In this document: positions 28,444 to 38,022 of the stretch, in pieces
Numbering within the stretch: the stretch's first letter is position 1
How the letters are laid out: every line of letters starts with the position of its first letter
NCBI GenBank assembly: GCA_963677895.2
Contig: CAXXGJ010000025.1
Location: forward strand, 128,001-192,000
Direction of reading: 5' to 3'
From: Treponemataceae bacterium
GTDB lineage: Bacteria > Spirochaetota > Spirochaetia > Treponematales > Rectinemataceae
DNA: 64,000 bases
The notes under the pieces: generated by a model
What the model saw: the letters and a program-made list of their open reading frames with translations, nothing else
Told to the model about the DNA's origin: nothing
Databases searched by the model: none
Translations under genes and position numbers: made by a program

Positions 28444-28640
28444 ACAGCTTAAGAGTGACTGGCGATCCGAACAAGGAGGTCGGATATTAAAGAGTCGCGA
28501 CAGGATATCGGTCTACAAGATTTGTTTTCGCCGGGTAAGGATTTAAGGCAATCCAGACAACATAGATGTCGGGTTTCCTTTCACCATATATCACGGAAGT
28601 GAAGGATGGTGATTATTTTATCGCAAGGGGGAGGATAGCT

Positions 28641-30152
28641 ATGAAACTTGGAACAAAGTGGCTTGTGGTTCTATTGCTTTTCTGCATGACCTTTTCGCCG
28701 TTCGCTCAGGGCACGCAGGGTAAAAACCTGAAAGATACGGTGACGGTGGTCTTGAAAGGTGAGCCCAGTAACATCGACCCGCATGGCAATGGGGAACTTG
28801 TCGCATTTACAACGCAGATGCAGATTTACGACAACCTGCTAAAAAAAGACGCGAACGGCGCAATTGTGCCGGAGCTGGCGACCAAGTGGCAAGTAATCGA
28901 CAAACAGACCATCCGATTTTTCTTGAGAGAAGACGTATATTTCCATAATGGAGAAAAACTGACTGCTGAGGACGTCAGGTTTTCTATAGCGAGGGCAACC
29001 CAGAAACCTTCCAGTTCCGCCATATTCAAAGGATTCGATGGGGAGAAGACAAAGGTCGTCAATGATTATACGATTGATATTGTCACGAAAGGACCTTTTG
29101 CCGGCATCTACAATTATCTCTGTTCTTCTCGAGGTAATATTCTCAGCAAAAAAGCGGTTATGGAGATGGGGGATGCCAAATTCGGACGAAATCCAGTAGG
29201 CAGCGGCCCGTTCGTCTTTGACACCTGGAGAACCGGCACCGATATCAAGCTAGTCAGGAATGAAAAATATTGGGGCACAAAACCTGCTTTCTCCACCATG
29301 ATTCTCAAGTTTGTCCCCGAAACCGCTTCGAGAGCGATAGAAATAGAGAGCGGTAATGCCGATGTAATTTTCGATCCCGACCCCGCCGATATTCCCAGGC
29401 TGAGCAAGAACAAGAATCTCAAGGTCATATCCGGACCTAGCTATGCTAATAGCTACATAGTATTCAAAATGTCCGACCAGGTTTTTAGCGATATAAAGCT
29501 TAGGCAAGCTCTTTCCCTGGCCCTCAACAAGGCGGGCATTGTCCAAGCGATCTATGGTGAACTCGGAAAGCCTTCGCAGAGTGTTTTCGCCAGCACCATA
29601 TTTTCGTACAAACCGATGGGTGTAACAGAATACAATGTCGAAAAGGCTGCGGCGCTCATGAAGGAAGCTGGCTACAAGAATGGACTCGATGTCGTGCTTG
29701 CCACCCCGAATACGAAACAGCTTATGGATATCGCCGAAATCGCACAGAACATGTGGAAGAAAATTGGAGTAAACGCGACGATTAAAACGACGGCGATGGC
29801 GGAATTCCTTGCCGCGGGACGGCGCGGTGAAAACCAAATTGCTATTTCCGCCGCGAATTATACTACTGGGGATCCGGGACACGCTCTTGCCGATTTCGAT
29901 ACTCGAAGCGATGGATTCTTCAAGCCAATAGACAAGAAAATCGACGCTTATCTGGATCAGGGCGCTTCGACATTCGAGACGGAAGCAAGGAAGAAAGTCT
30001 ACCAGGAAGTCCAGCAATATATCTACAATCAGTACTATATGCTGCCAATCGCTGATACGAACGTCAATTACGTAACAACTAACAAAGTTGAGAATTTTTT
30101 CTGCGATCCGGGGAATTCGCCTTATCTCGGCGATATTAAAGTATATCAATAA
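28641..30152 (+). CDS. Peptide/opine ABC substrate-binding protein (family 5)
   Basis: Signal peptide after GGAGG; PELATKW, FHNGEKLTAEDV, PVGSGPF. Confidence 0.9.
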   Translation: MKLGTKWLVVLLLFCMTFSPFAQGTQGKNLKDTVTVVLKGEPSNIDPHGNGELVAFTTQMQIYDNLLKKDANGAIVPELATKWQVIDKQTIRFFLREDVYFHNGEKLTAEDVRFSIARATQKPSSSAIFKGFDGEKTKVVNDYTIDIVTKGPFAGIYNYLCSSRGNILSKKAVMEMGDAKFGRNPVGSGPFVFDTWRTGTDIKLVRNEKYWGTKPAFSTMILKFVPETASRAIEIESGNADVIFDPDPADIPRLSKNKNLKVISGPSYANSYIVFKMSDQVFSDIKLRQALSLALNKAGIVQAIYGELGKPSQSVFASTIFSYKPMGVTEYNVEKAAALMKEAGYKNGLDVVLATPNTKQLMDIAEIAQNMWKKIGVNATIKTTAMAEFLAAGRRGENQIAISAANYTTGDPGHALADFDTRSDGFFKPIDKKIDAYLDQGASTFETEARKKVYQEVQQYIYNQYYMLPIADTNVNYVTTNKVENFFCDPGNSPYLGDIKVYQ

Positions 30153-30237
30153 ATAGAACATCGACAGGTGATGGCTGACAGGAATGTACCCAGTCAGCCA
30201 TCTTTACGGTTACATAAAATTCCAAAGAGAGGTTCCC

Positions 30238-30984
30238 ATGGATGTTTTGATTATCGACCAGATGACTTGGCCCGAACTGAACGATGAAATGAAGAACATA
30301 AAGCTGGCGATCGTTCCGGTAGGATCTTGTGAGCAACATGGACCCAACACCACCTTCGCGACGGATACCGCGAGAGCGGCAGCCTATTCAAAACTGCTGG
30401 CAAAAAGGTTGGGAAACAAAGTAGTGGTATTCCCCGCAGTCAATTATGGCTTATCCCTTCACCATATGGATTTTCCAGGCACGGTGACATTACGTGTTGA
30501 GACTATGCTGCATCTCCTTGAAGATATTGCGGTCTCGATAAGCAAACATGGGATAAAGAAAATACTGTTCCTCAACGCTCACGGGGGGAATTTCCCGGCA
30601 CTCGACGGGGCGATCATCAAATTGAAACAAGAACATTCGATCGACGCATATTGGTCCGCAATAGGATCGGAGATATCCACTGGCGGGCTTGTTGGCCTTC
30701 CGAAACTAATCGGACATGCCTGCGAGGTGGAAACCTCCCAGACGCTGTATCTATGCCCAGAAATAGTAAGAAAAAACAGAGTCCCTTCCCAAATGCAAGA
30801 CAGTATGCTTACGCGCGATTCGTTCGTGAAGGGAAATGCCGCATGGAGCTGGAAATATGACGCATCGCTAAATGGCGCGCTTGGGGACGCGAGAAAAGCG
30901 ACTGCGGAAATTGGCAAGGAGATGACTGAGGCGTCCCTTGAATATATGGAAAAGATCGTGGATGAAATCATTGCCAGGAAATGA
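30238..30984 (+). CDS. Creatininase-family amidohydrolase
   Basis: GSCEQHG, HHMDFPGT, NAHGGN, HACEVETS. Confidence 0.9.
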   Translation: MDVLIIDQMTWPELNDEMKNIKLAIVPVGSCEQHGPNTTFATDTARAAAYSKLLAKRLGNKVVVFPAVNYGLSLHHMDFPGTVTLRVETMLHLLEDIAVSISKHGIKKILFLNAHGGNFPALDGAIIKLKQEHSIDAYWSAIGSEISTGGLVGLPKLIGHACEVETSQTLYLCPEIVRKNRVPSQMQDSMLTRDSFVKGNAAWSWKYDASLNGALGDARKATAEIGKEMTEASLEYMEKIVDEIIARK

Positions 30985-31114
30985 ACGACGGGTGTTCTGA
31001 TCAACAAGCTTGGAAAGCATTACGCGAAAACAGCCGATGAACGGAACACCGCTTCATTTTATATTAACCTATTTTCTCGATCGCACTAATCTCAATCAAA
31101 CATATTTTCGCTCA

Positions 31115-32086
31115 CTATAAACAGGGGGAATTTATCTCTTCGTAATAGTGACAGGCGACAAAATGGTTCCTCTCCACTTCCCTAAGTTCCGGTTGGCTTT
31201 TACCGCATGTTTCCTTTGCGTAGATGCATCTCGGAAAGAACCTGCATTTCTCTTCAGGGTTGATTGGTGACGAAATTTCTCCTTTTAAAATCACCCTCTT
31301 GATTTTATTTTTCATCACCTTAGGTCGGGGTATAGCGGAGAGCAATGCTTTTGTATATGGATGGTAATGTTTCCTGAACAATTCCTTTGATTCCGTTTTC
31401 TCAACAATCTTGCCGAGATACATAACCGCTATCTCATCGGAAATATGACGTACAACAGATAAGTCATGCGTTATAAAGAGGTACGTTAGCCCCAGTTCAG
31501 CCTGTAGGTCTTGCATCAGGTTCAGTATCTGCGCCCTGATGGAGACATCAAGGGATGACACCGGCTCATCGCACACAATAAACTTCGGATTTAAAGCGAG
31601 AGCTCTCGCGATACCGACACGCTGCCTTCTTCCTCCGTCAAGTTCATGTGGATACGCATTCACAAGACGTTGCGCGATTCCTACAGTCTCCAGAAGTTTG
31701 TTAACCCGCTTGTTCAAATCGGCGGAACTCTGGAATTTATTGTAAATGATCAAAGGCTCGCCAACAATTTCCCCGATAGTCATCCTTGGATTTATCGAGG
31801 AATATGGATCCTGGAAGATCATCTGCATATCTTGCCGGATAGTCTTTAGTTCGTTTTTCCCAATGTCAGAAATATCTTTGCCGTCAAACGTCATCGTTCC
31901 TGCGGTGGGTTCAAGCAGATGCAGTATCACTCTTCCTAGTGTCGACTTCCCGCATCCTGATTCTCCAACAACGCCGAGCGTTGTCCCTCGCGCCAATCCA
32001 AAGCTCACTCCATCTACTGCATGAAGGAATCCGTTTGGCGTCTTGAAATACTTCTTCAGATCCTTCACCTCAAGCAAAGTATCCAT
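31115..32086 (-). CDS. Oligopeptide ABC ATPase (OppF/DppF-like)
   Basis: GESGCGKST, ELDGGRRQR, CDEPVSSLD, C-terminal Cys cluster. Confidence 0.92.
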   Translation of the reverse strand: MDTLLEVKDLKKYFKTPNGFLHAVDGVSFGLARGTTLGVVGESGCGKSTLGRVILHLLEPTAGTMTFDGKDISDIGKNELKTIRQDMQMIFQDPYSSINPRMTIGEIVGEPLIIYNKFQSSADLNKRVNKLLETVGIAQRLVNAYPHELDGGRRQRVGIARALALNPKFIVCDEPVSSLDVSIRAQILNLMQDLQAELGLTYLFITHDLSVVRHISDEIAVMYLGKIVEKTESKELFRKHYHPYTKALLSAIPRPKVMKNKIKRVILKGEISSPINPEEKCRFFPRCIYAKETCGKSQPELREVERNHFVACHYYEEINSPCL

Positions 32087-32097
32087 AAATTCCTCTC

Positions 32098-33069
32098 CTA
32101 GATCTTGTTTTTAGCAAGGATGCACTTGACTGAATGACCAGGAGATACTTCGATCATTTCTGGCGACATTTCTGCACATTCTCGCTTGGCGTGCGGGCAT
32201 CGGGGATGGAAAGGACAACCGGTGGGCAAGTTCGCTGGATCAGGCATCAATCCTTCGATCGGCTTGAGCCTATCCGCATCAGAATCCAGATCGGGTATCG
32301 AGCCGAATAATCCCAACGTATATGGATGCTGGGCGTTTTCATAAATATCTTCGATATTTCCGATTTCCACGATATTACCCGCGTACATTATCGCGACTCG
32401 ATTACATATCTCGGCCACGACCCCGAGATCGTGAGAAATAAGAATCATAGAGGTGTCGAAGTTTTGCTTGAGTTCGCTCATCATCTCAAGAACCTGAGCT
32501 TGTATCGTTACATCAAGCGCGGTCGTTGGTTCGTCAGCTATCAATATTTTTGGATTGCATGCAAGAGAGATCGCGATGACTACTCTCTGCTTCATGCCAC
32601 CAGAAAACTGATGCGGATAATCGTTGAATCTGTCGGAAGTGATTCCAACCATTCCCAGCATCTTGATCGCTTCTCTGTCCGCGTCTTTTCGTGACACTTT
32701 CTTGTGGATGCGAATGACTTCCGAAATCTGTTCGCCGACCTTCTGAACCGGATTTAAGGATGTCATCGGATCCTGAAAGATCATCGATATCTCCCGCCCT
32801 CTCATGAGGCGCAAGCCAAGCTTGCTAAAATTCAGGACATTCTTGCCTTTGTAGAGGATCTCGCCGCTGACTATCTTGCCAGGAGGATTGGGAATCAAGC
32901 GCATAATGCTCTTTGCTGTCGTGGTCTTCCCCGCGCCGGTTTCTCCTACTATCCCCAGTGTCTCTCGATAACCTAAGTCGAAAGAAAGCCCATTGACAGC
33001 TTTCACGACAGTTTTATCCTTGACATAGTGTACAGTCAGGTTTCGAATCGAAAGGATCTGTTCACTCAT
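32098..33069 (-). CDS. Oligopeptide ABC ATPase (OppD/DppD-like)
   Basis: GETGAGKTT, FSGGMKQR, ADEPTTALD, CPFHPRC. Confidence 0.92.
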   Translation of the reverse strand: MSEQILSIRNLTVHYVKDKTVVKAVNGLSFDLGYRETLGIVGETGAGKTTTAKSIMRLIPNPPGKIVSGEILYKGKNVLNFSKLGLRLMRGREISMIFQDPMTSLNPVQKVGEQISEVIRIHKKVSRKDADREAIKMLGMVGITSDRFNDYPHQFSGGMKQRVVIAISLACNPKILIADEPTTALDVTIQAQVLEMMSELKQNFDTSMILISHDLGVVAEICNRVAIMYAGNIVEIGNIEDIYENAQHPYTLGLFGSIPDLDSDADRLKPIEGLMPDPANLPTGCPFHPRCPHAKRECAEMSPEMIEVSPGHSVKCILAKNKI

Positions 33070-33101
33070 TGATATTCTCCAAAGGCGCAAACATGCTCAT
33101 C

Positions 33102-34007
33102 TTAACGTTTAAGCTTAGGATCAAGGGCATCCCGAAGACCGTCCCCGAAAAGGTTCAGCCCGAAAATAATCGCCATAATCGCAAGTCCTGGAAAGGTGAT
33201 GACATGCCAATGATCACGTATATACGGGCGCGCCGCTGAAAGCATTGCCCCCCATTCCGGAGATGGCGGCTGGACACCCATGCCTATAAAGCTTAAGGAA
33301 GCCGCTTCCAGTATCGATCTCGCGACGCTCATCGTCATATTCACTATTATAGGAGCCATGCAGTTCGGTAGAATATGTCGCATAATTATCCTGTAATCAT
33401 TGGCGCCAATCGATCTGGCCGCTTCGATATACTCCTGCTCTTTTACCGAGAGTATCGAAGCTCTGACGATGCGGGCATAGCCTGGGATCATGCCTATGCC
33501 AACCGCAATGATGACATTGTTCATTCCAGGTCCAAGCGCCGCTACTATGGATATAGCAAGCAACATGCTCGGTATCGCCATCATGATATCGATTCCGCGC
33601 ATTATCAGGTTATCCAGTTTCCCACCATAGAAACCTGCAAGGGATCCGAAAAAAATACCGACACCTGCCGAAAAAAGCGCGGAAAACAATCCAATCATCA
33701 ATGATACTCTTCCGCCAAAAAGAACACGACTGAATATATCCCTTCCAAGATTGTCCGTTCCAAAAATGTGCGATTTCGAAGGCGATACGAATCTGTTCAG
33801 AAGATCTTGGTCGTCAATGCCGTAGGGGGCTATAAAATCGGCGAGTATTACGGAAAGCAAAATGGCTACTATCAGAAAAAGACCGAATAAAGCAAGATTA
33901 TTCTTCTTGAGGCTATTCCAGGTCTCCTTTAATAATCCGATCTTTTTGACAGGCTCTGTGTCAATTTCCGTAGGGGCTGGAGTATTCGAGAGTTCATCTT
34001 GAAACAT
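33102..34007 (-). CDS. Oligopeptide ABC permease (OppC-like)
   Basis: FGTDNLGRD, YIEAARSIGA, GDGLRDALDP. Confidence 0.92.
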   Translation of the reverse strand: MFQDELSNTPAPTEIDTEPVKKIGLLKETWNSLKKNNLALFGLFLIVAILLSVILADFIAPYGIDDQDLLNRFVSPSKSHIFGTDNLGRDIFSRVLFGGRVSLMIGLFSALFSAGVGIFFGSLAGFYGGKLDNLIMRGIDIMMAIPSMLLAISIVAALGPGMNNVIIAVGIGMIPGYARIVRASILSVKEQEYIEAARSIGANDYRIIMRHILPNCMAPIIVNMTMSVARSILEAASLSFIGMGVQPPSPEWGAMLSAARPYIRDHWHVITFPGLAIMAIIFGLNLFGDGLRDALDPKLKR

Positions 34008-34023
34008 GCTATCCTCCAGGATG

Positions 34024-34992
34024 TCAAGCTTTTGCCGGAGCGGTTACCGCAGTCTTTCTGTGCTTTTTATATTGCGCCTTTATCCTTGGGTCGATAAATG
34101 CATAGAGAATATCCACGAGAAGGTTGACTATGCTGAAACCAAGGGCTATGAAAAGTACGCCGCCCTGCACCATTGGGTAATTCTTGACATTTATCGAGTC
34201 GATCATAAGTTTTCCTATTCCAGGAATGGAAAAGATTGATTCGGTAAGGATCGCGCCGCCTAACATCCCTCCAAAGGAAATGCCCACGACAGTCACGATG
34301 GGAATCAACGCATTTCGCAGAGCGTGATTGAATATTATATTCAGTTCGTTCTGCCCCTTGGCCCTGGCTGTGTTGATGTAGTCCTGCCTGATCACCTCGA
34401 GCATGCTTGATCTTGTCTGACGCATTATATTTGCCGTTGATGCCAATCCCACGGTAATGGAAGGAAGAATCCACTGTATCGGTTTCGAAAATCCAGAAGA
34501 CGGAAACCATCCGAGATATACAGAAAATATTATAATCAGCATTAATCCCGTCCAAAAGTTTGGCATGGAGACGCCGGTCAAGGCAAAAACCGTGGCAATA
34601 TTGTCGAAAATCGAGTATTGCTTAGTCGCTGCGATAATTCCTGTAATTATTCCTATTAGCGTAGCCAGTCCAATACTGAGGCATGCGAGCGTCACTGTCG
34701 TTGGCAGTCTTTCCAATATTTCTGTTGTGACGGATCGGCGCGTGGTATATGAAGTGCCAAAATCACCGTGTAGCAATATACCCTTAAGATAATTAAAGAA
34801 TTGGACGGGGAACGATTTATTCAATCCAAGCTCTTCTCTCAGCACCGCGACGCTGGTTTCGTTCGCGTCCATACCTAACATGTACTCTGCGGGATCGCCT
34901 GGAGTAAAATAAATCATGCTGAATACGATCAGAGATACTCCAAACAAGACAGGCACCATCATCAGAAGCCTTTTCATTATATATCTCAGCAT
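34024..34992 (-). CDS. Oligopeptide ABC permease (OppB-like)
   Basis: PGDPA, GDFGTS, TARAKG, HALRNALIP, DILYAFIDPR. Confidence 0.92.
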   Translation of the reverse strand: MLRYIMKRLLMMVPVLFGVSLIVFSMIYFTPGDPAEYMLGMDANETSVAVLREELGLNKSFPVQFFNYLKGILLHGDFGTSYTTRRSVTTEILERLPTTVTLACLSIGLATLIGIITGIIAATKQYSIFDNIATVFALTGVSMPNFWTGLMLIIIFSVYLGWFPSSGFSKPIQWILPSITVGLASTANIMRQTRSSMLEVIRQDYINTARAKGQNELNIIFNHALRNALIPIVTVVGISFGGMLGGAILTESIFSIPGIGKLMIDSINVKNYPMVQGGVLFIALGFSIVNLLVDILYAFIDPRIKAQYKKHRKTAVTAPAKA

Positions 34993-35055
34993 CGCTTTCT
35001 CCTGTAATTCAAGAAAAAAAACAGCTTATAAGAATAGCAGCAGATATTTTACCGA

Positions 35056-35442
35056 TCATTGCTTTATTGCGATGGCATCAATCTCAACAAGCGCGTTTTT
35101 CGGAAGCCGGGCCACTTGAACCGCAACTCTGGCCGGAAAATCAACCGTGAAAAACTCTTTATATACTTCATTCATAGAATTGAAATCGTCCATGTTCATC
35201 AAGTAAACAGTCACTTTTACGATATCTGGCATATGTAAATCACCCGCCTCAACAACGGCCTTCAAGTTATTGAGGACTCGCCGGGTTTGGATGGAAATAT
35301 CGCTTTGCACGAGAGCCCCTGTTGCCGGATCTATTGGGAGTTGCCCGGATACAAAGAGAAAGCTATCAACCCAAACACCTTGCGAGTAAGGGCCAATCGC
35401 AGAAGGTGCATTGGTAGTCGAGACGATCCGCTTTGTATTCAT
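35056..35442 (-). CDS. ridA: RidA-family enamine/imine deaminase
   Basis: APSAIGPYSQ, SGQLP, PAR (catalytic Arg), LVEIDAIA. Confidence 0.9.
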   Translation of the reverse strand: MNTKRIVSTTNAPSAIGPYSQGVWVDSFLFVSGQLPIDPATGALVQSDISIQTRRVLNNLKAVVEAGDLHMPDIVKVTVYLMNMDDFNSMNEVYKEFFTVDFPARVAVQVARLPKNALVEIDAIAIKQ

Positions 35443-35443
35443 C

Positions 35444-36088
35444 CTAGTTCTCCTTTTTTATCCCATTTAAGTACCTGTATACGGTGGCTTCCGATACATT
35501 CAGCCTAGAAGCCACTTTCATAACCGTACCTTTCAAGAGGAAGACTCCTCCCTCGTTCAATTTCTTGATTATCTCGATTTTTTCAGATTGCGACATCCTA
35601 TCAGGAGGAACGCCATAAGCCTCTATGACATTTTCGATGCTATCATAAGCCAATACATCTACCGTACGACTAAATCGCTCTATTGGATCGGTCTTATCTT
35701 GCTGTTTCGGTTGTTGGAGAATACTGTCCAGATAATCCCGGAATTGGACAAGTTTTTCATCGTCTATATTGATGCAAAGGAGCCCGATTATCTTCTGCGT
35801 ATCATCACGTATAAAAAAAGTCGAAGAACGCAGCTTCTTGCCAAAAGTTGACACACCCTTATAGTTAGTCAGAGCATGCGTATTTTCCGCACTCCCATCC
35901 TTCAGGATTTTTAGAACAAGATTCGTAGCCGGGGAGCCTACCTCCCTGCCGCTTATGTGATTATTTGCTATGGCAATTATGGACTTGTCTATATCCAGCA
36001 CGTCATGAAGCACGATTTCGGTATCTTTACCTAATACTACGGCGAGAAAATCAACCAAAGGAAGAAAGGGCTTTAAATATGGGTTCAT
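35444..36088 (-). CDS. YheO/DauR-like PAS + HTH transcriptional regulator
   Basis: EIVLHD, ISGREVGSP, LRSSTFFIRD, LCINID, GVFLLKG...SEATVYRYL. Confidence 0.88.
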   Translation of the reverse strand: MNPYLKPFLPLVDFLAVVLGKDTEIVLHDVLDIDKSIIAIANNHISGREVGSPATNLVLKILKDGSAENTHALTNYKGVSTFGKKLRSSTFFIRDDTQKIIGLLCINIDDEKLVQFRDYLDSILQQPKQQDKTDPIERFSRTVDVLAYDSIENVIEAYGVPPDRMSQSEKIEIIKKLNEGGVFLLKGTVMKVASRLNVSEATVYRYLNGIKKEN

Positions 36089-36109
36089 AGTAGATCCTCA
36101 TGCTCATTA

Positions 36110-36168
36110 TAATAAAATAGTATCGTGATAATAATTTATTTGTATCATGAGAATTGTGTTCCGTCAAC
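36110..36168 (-). promoter_or_regulatory. Right island promoter/operator
   Basis: Minus strand GTTGAC-N14-ATGATACAAATAAATTATTATCACGATACTATTTTATTA, containing a 30 bp imperfect palindrome. Confidence 0.75.
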
Positions 36169-36271
36169 TCTTTTCGTGACAATATAGGCTTATAGAATTC
36201 CTAATGTTTTCCGTGATGAATCCATAGTAGAAGACTCGGTAAATCGTAAGGGACTAGTGTCAAACATGCAT

Positions 36272-36309
36272 AAAAAACGACCTCCGGAAGGAAATCCTCC
36301 GAAGGTCGC
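36272..36309 (-). terminator. Rho-independent terminator after the IlvD-family gene
   Basis: CGACCTCCGGA...TCCGAAGGTCG hairpin preceded by A6 on the plus strand. Confidence 0.65.
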
Positions 36310-36335
36310 CTATCGATACGCGGAACGCTAAGCGA

Positions 36336-37994
36336 TCATTCGAGCACGGCGCCCTTCATTCCCGAGGTGACGGCTCTCCTGTAGCGGTTCAGGAAGGGAC
36401 TTTCGGTGGGCTGGACATAGGGCTTCCACTCCGTTTTGCGGCGCGCCAGCTCGGCGGCGTCCACCAGAATATCGAGCTTCTTGGCGGGAATATCGATGCT
36501 GATCATGTCGCCTTCGCGCACGAGGGCGATGGGACCGCCGCCGGCGGCCTCGGGCGAGACGTGGCCTATCGAGGCGCCGCGCGAGGCTCCCGAGAACCTT
36601 CCGTCGGTGATGAGGGCCACGGTTTTGTCCATGCCCATGCCGGCCAAGGCCGACGTTGGGGTGAGCATCTCGCGCATGCCGGGGCCGCCCTTGGGTCCTT
36701 CGTAGCGGATCACGAGCACGTCGCCGTCGACGATTTTCCTGGCCTGAATCGCCGCGAAAGCCTCTTCCTCGCTGTTGAACACCCTCGCCGGTCCCGTGTG
36801 AACGAGCATTTCGGGCGCCACGGCAGCCTGTTTGACCACGCTGCCGTCGGGAGCGAGAGAGCCGCGAAGGATGGCGATGCCGCCGGCCTTGTGATAAGGC
36901 CTATCCAGAGGCCTTATGACCTCTTCATTCTTGACGCGCACGCCGGCGAAATTCTCGTTCTGAGTCTTTCCTGTGACCGTGAGGCAGTCGCCATGGATCA
37001 GACCGCCCTGGGACAGCTCGGCCATCACGGCCTGCACGCCGCCGGCCTGATAGAGGTCCTGGATATGATGGGATCCGCCCGGCGACATGCTGCAGATATG
37101 CGGCACCTTGCTTCCCAGCGTATTGAACAGTTCGATATCGAAGCCTACTCCCGCCGCCCAGGCGATGGCGGGCAGATGGAGCGTCGTGTTCGTGGAACCC
37201 CCAAGGGCGAGATCCACGGCCACCGCGTTTTCGAAAGCTTTGGCCGTAAGGATGTCCCTCGGCTTGATATCCTTTTCGACGAGATTCATGATGGCCCTTC
37301 CCGCTTCCTTGGCCAGGCGATCGCGCGCGGAGTAGACGGCCGGAATCGTGCCGTTGCCGGGCAGACCGAGGCCGAGCGCTTCCATCATGCAGTTCATCGT
37401 GTTGGCGGTGAACATGCCCGAGCAGGAACCGCAGCCCGGACAAGCCGCGTTCTCGACCTCCAGGAGGTCCGCGTCGCTCGCCGTGCCGGCGATGTGCTTG
37501 CCCACGGTCTCGAACACCGTATTGAGGTCGATTTCCTTCCCATTGAGCATTCCCGTGAGCATTGGCCCGCCGGAGATGACGACGGAGGGAATATTCAGCT
37601 TCGCCGCCGCCATCGCCATGCCCGGGATGATCTTGTCGCAGTTGGTCACCATGACGAGACCGTCGAAGGCATGCCCCTGCGCCATGACCTCGATCGAGTC
37701 CATGATAAGCTCGCGCGAAGGCAGGGAAAACTTCATGCCCATGTGGTTCATGGCGATGCCGTCGCAGACGCCGATCGTCGGGAACTCTATGGGCAGGCCG
37801 CCGGCCGCGTAGATGCCGGCCTTCACCGCGTCCACGATCCGGTTGAGATGGACGTGGCCGGGAATGATCTGATTGTAGGAATTGGCGACCCCTATCCAGG
37901 GCCTCGCGATTTCCCAGTCGGTATAGCCGGCCGCCTTGAGCAGCGCCCGGTGAGGAGCCCTCTGCGGGCCTAGTTTCGCCCTATCGCTTCTCAT
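36336..37994 (-). CDS. ilvD: IlvD/Edd-family dehydratase
   Basis: [45 protein letters not shown]; a sugar-acid substrate is possible given the TRAP context. Confidence 0.85.
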   Translation of the reverse strand: MRSDRAKLGPQRAPHRALLKAAGYTDWEIARPWIGVANSYNQIIPGHVHLNRIVDAVKAGIYAAGGLPIEFPTIGVCDGIAMNHMGMKFSLPSRELIMDSIEVMAQGHAFDGLVMVTNCDKIIPGMAMAAAKLNIPSVVISGGPMLTGMLNGKEIDLNTVFETVGKHIAGTASDADLLEVENAACPGCGSCSGMFTANTMNCMMEALGLGLPGNGTIPAVYSARDRLAKEAGRAIMNLVEKDIKPRDILTAKAFENAVAVDLALGGSTNTTLHLPAIAWAAGVGFDIELFNTLGSKVPHICSMSPGGSHHIQDLYQAGGVQAVMAELSQGGLIHGDCLTVTGKTQNENFAGVRVKNEEVIRPLDRPYHKAGGIAILRGSLAPDGSVVKQAAVAPEMLVHTGPARVFNSEEEAFAAIQARKIVDGDVLVIRYEGPKGGPGMREMLTPTSALAGMGMDKTVALITDGRFSGASRGASIGHVSPEAAGGGPIALVREGDMISIDIPAKKLDILVDAAELARRKTEWKPYVQPTESPFLNRYRRAVTSGMKGAVLE

Positions 37995-38022
37995 TGCATT
38001 AATCTCCTTTCATAGCTGCGCA

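Larger units (their letters stand above)
25990..36270. other. AT-richer genomic island (amino-acid-derivative uptake and catabolism)
   Basis: Abrupt visible fall in GC and GC3 relative to the flanks; boundaries approximate; no integrase seen. Confidence 0.75.

Noticed and set aside
25990..36270. Island as an autonomous transposon or ICE with terminal inverted repeats
   Set aside because: No integrase, transposase, tRNA or target duplication was found, and the repeats have promoter/operator architecture
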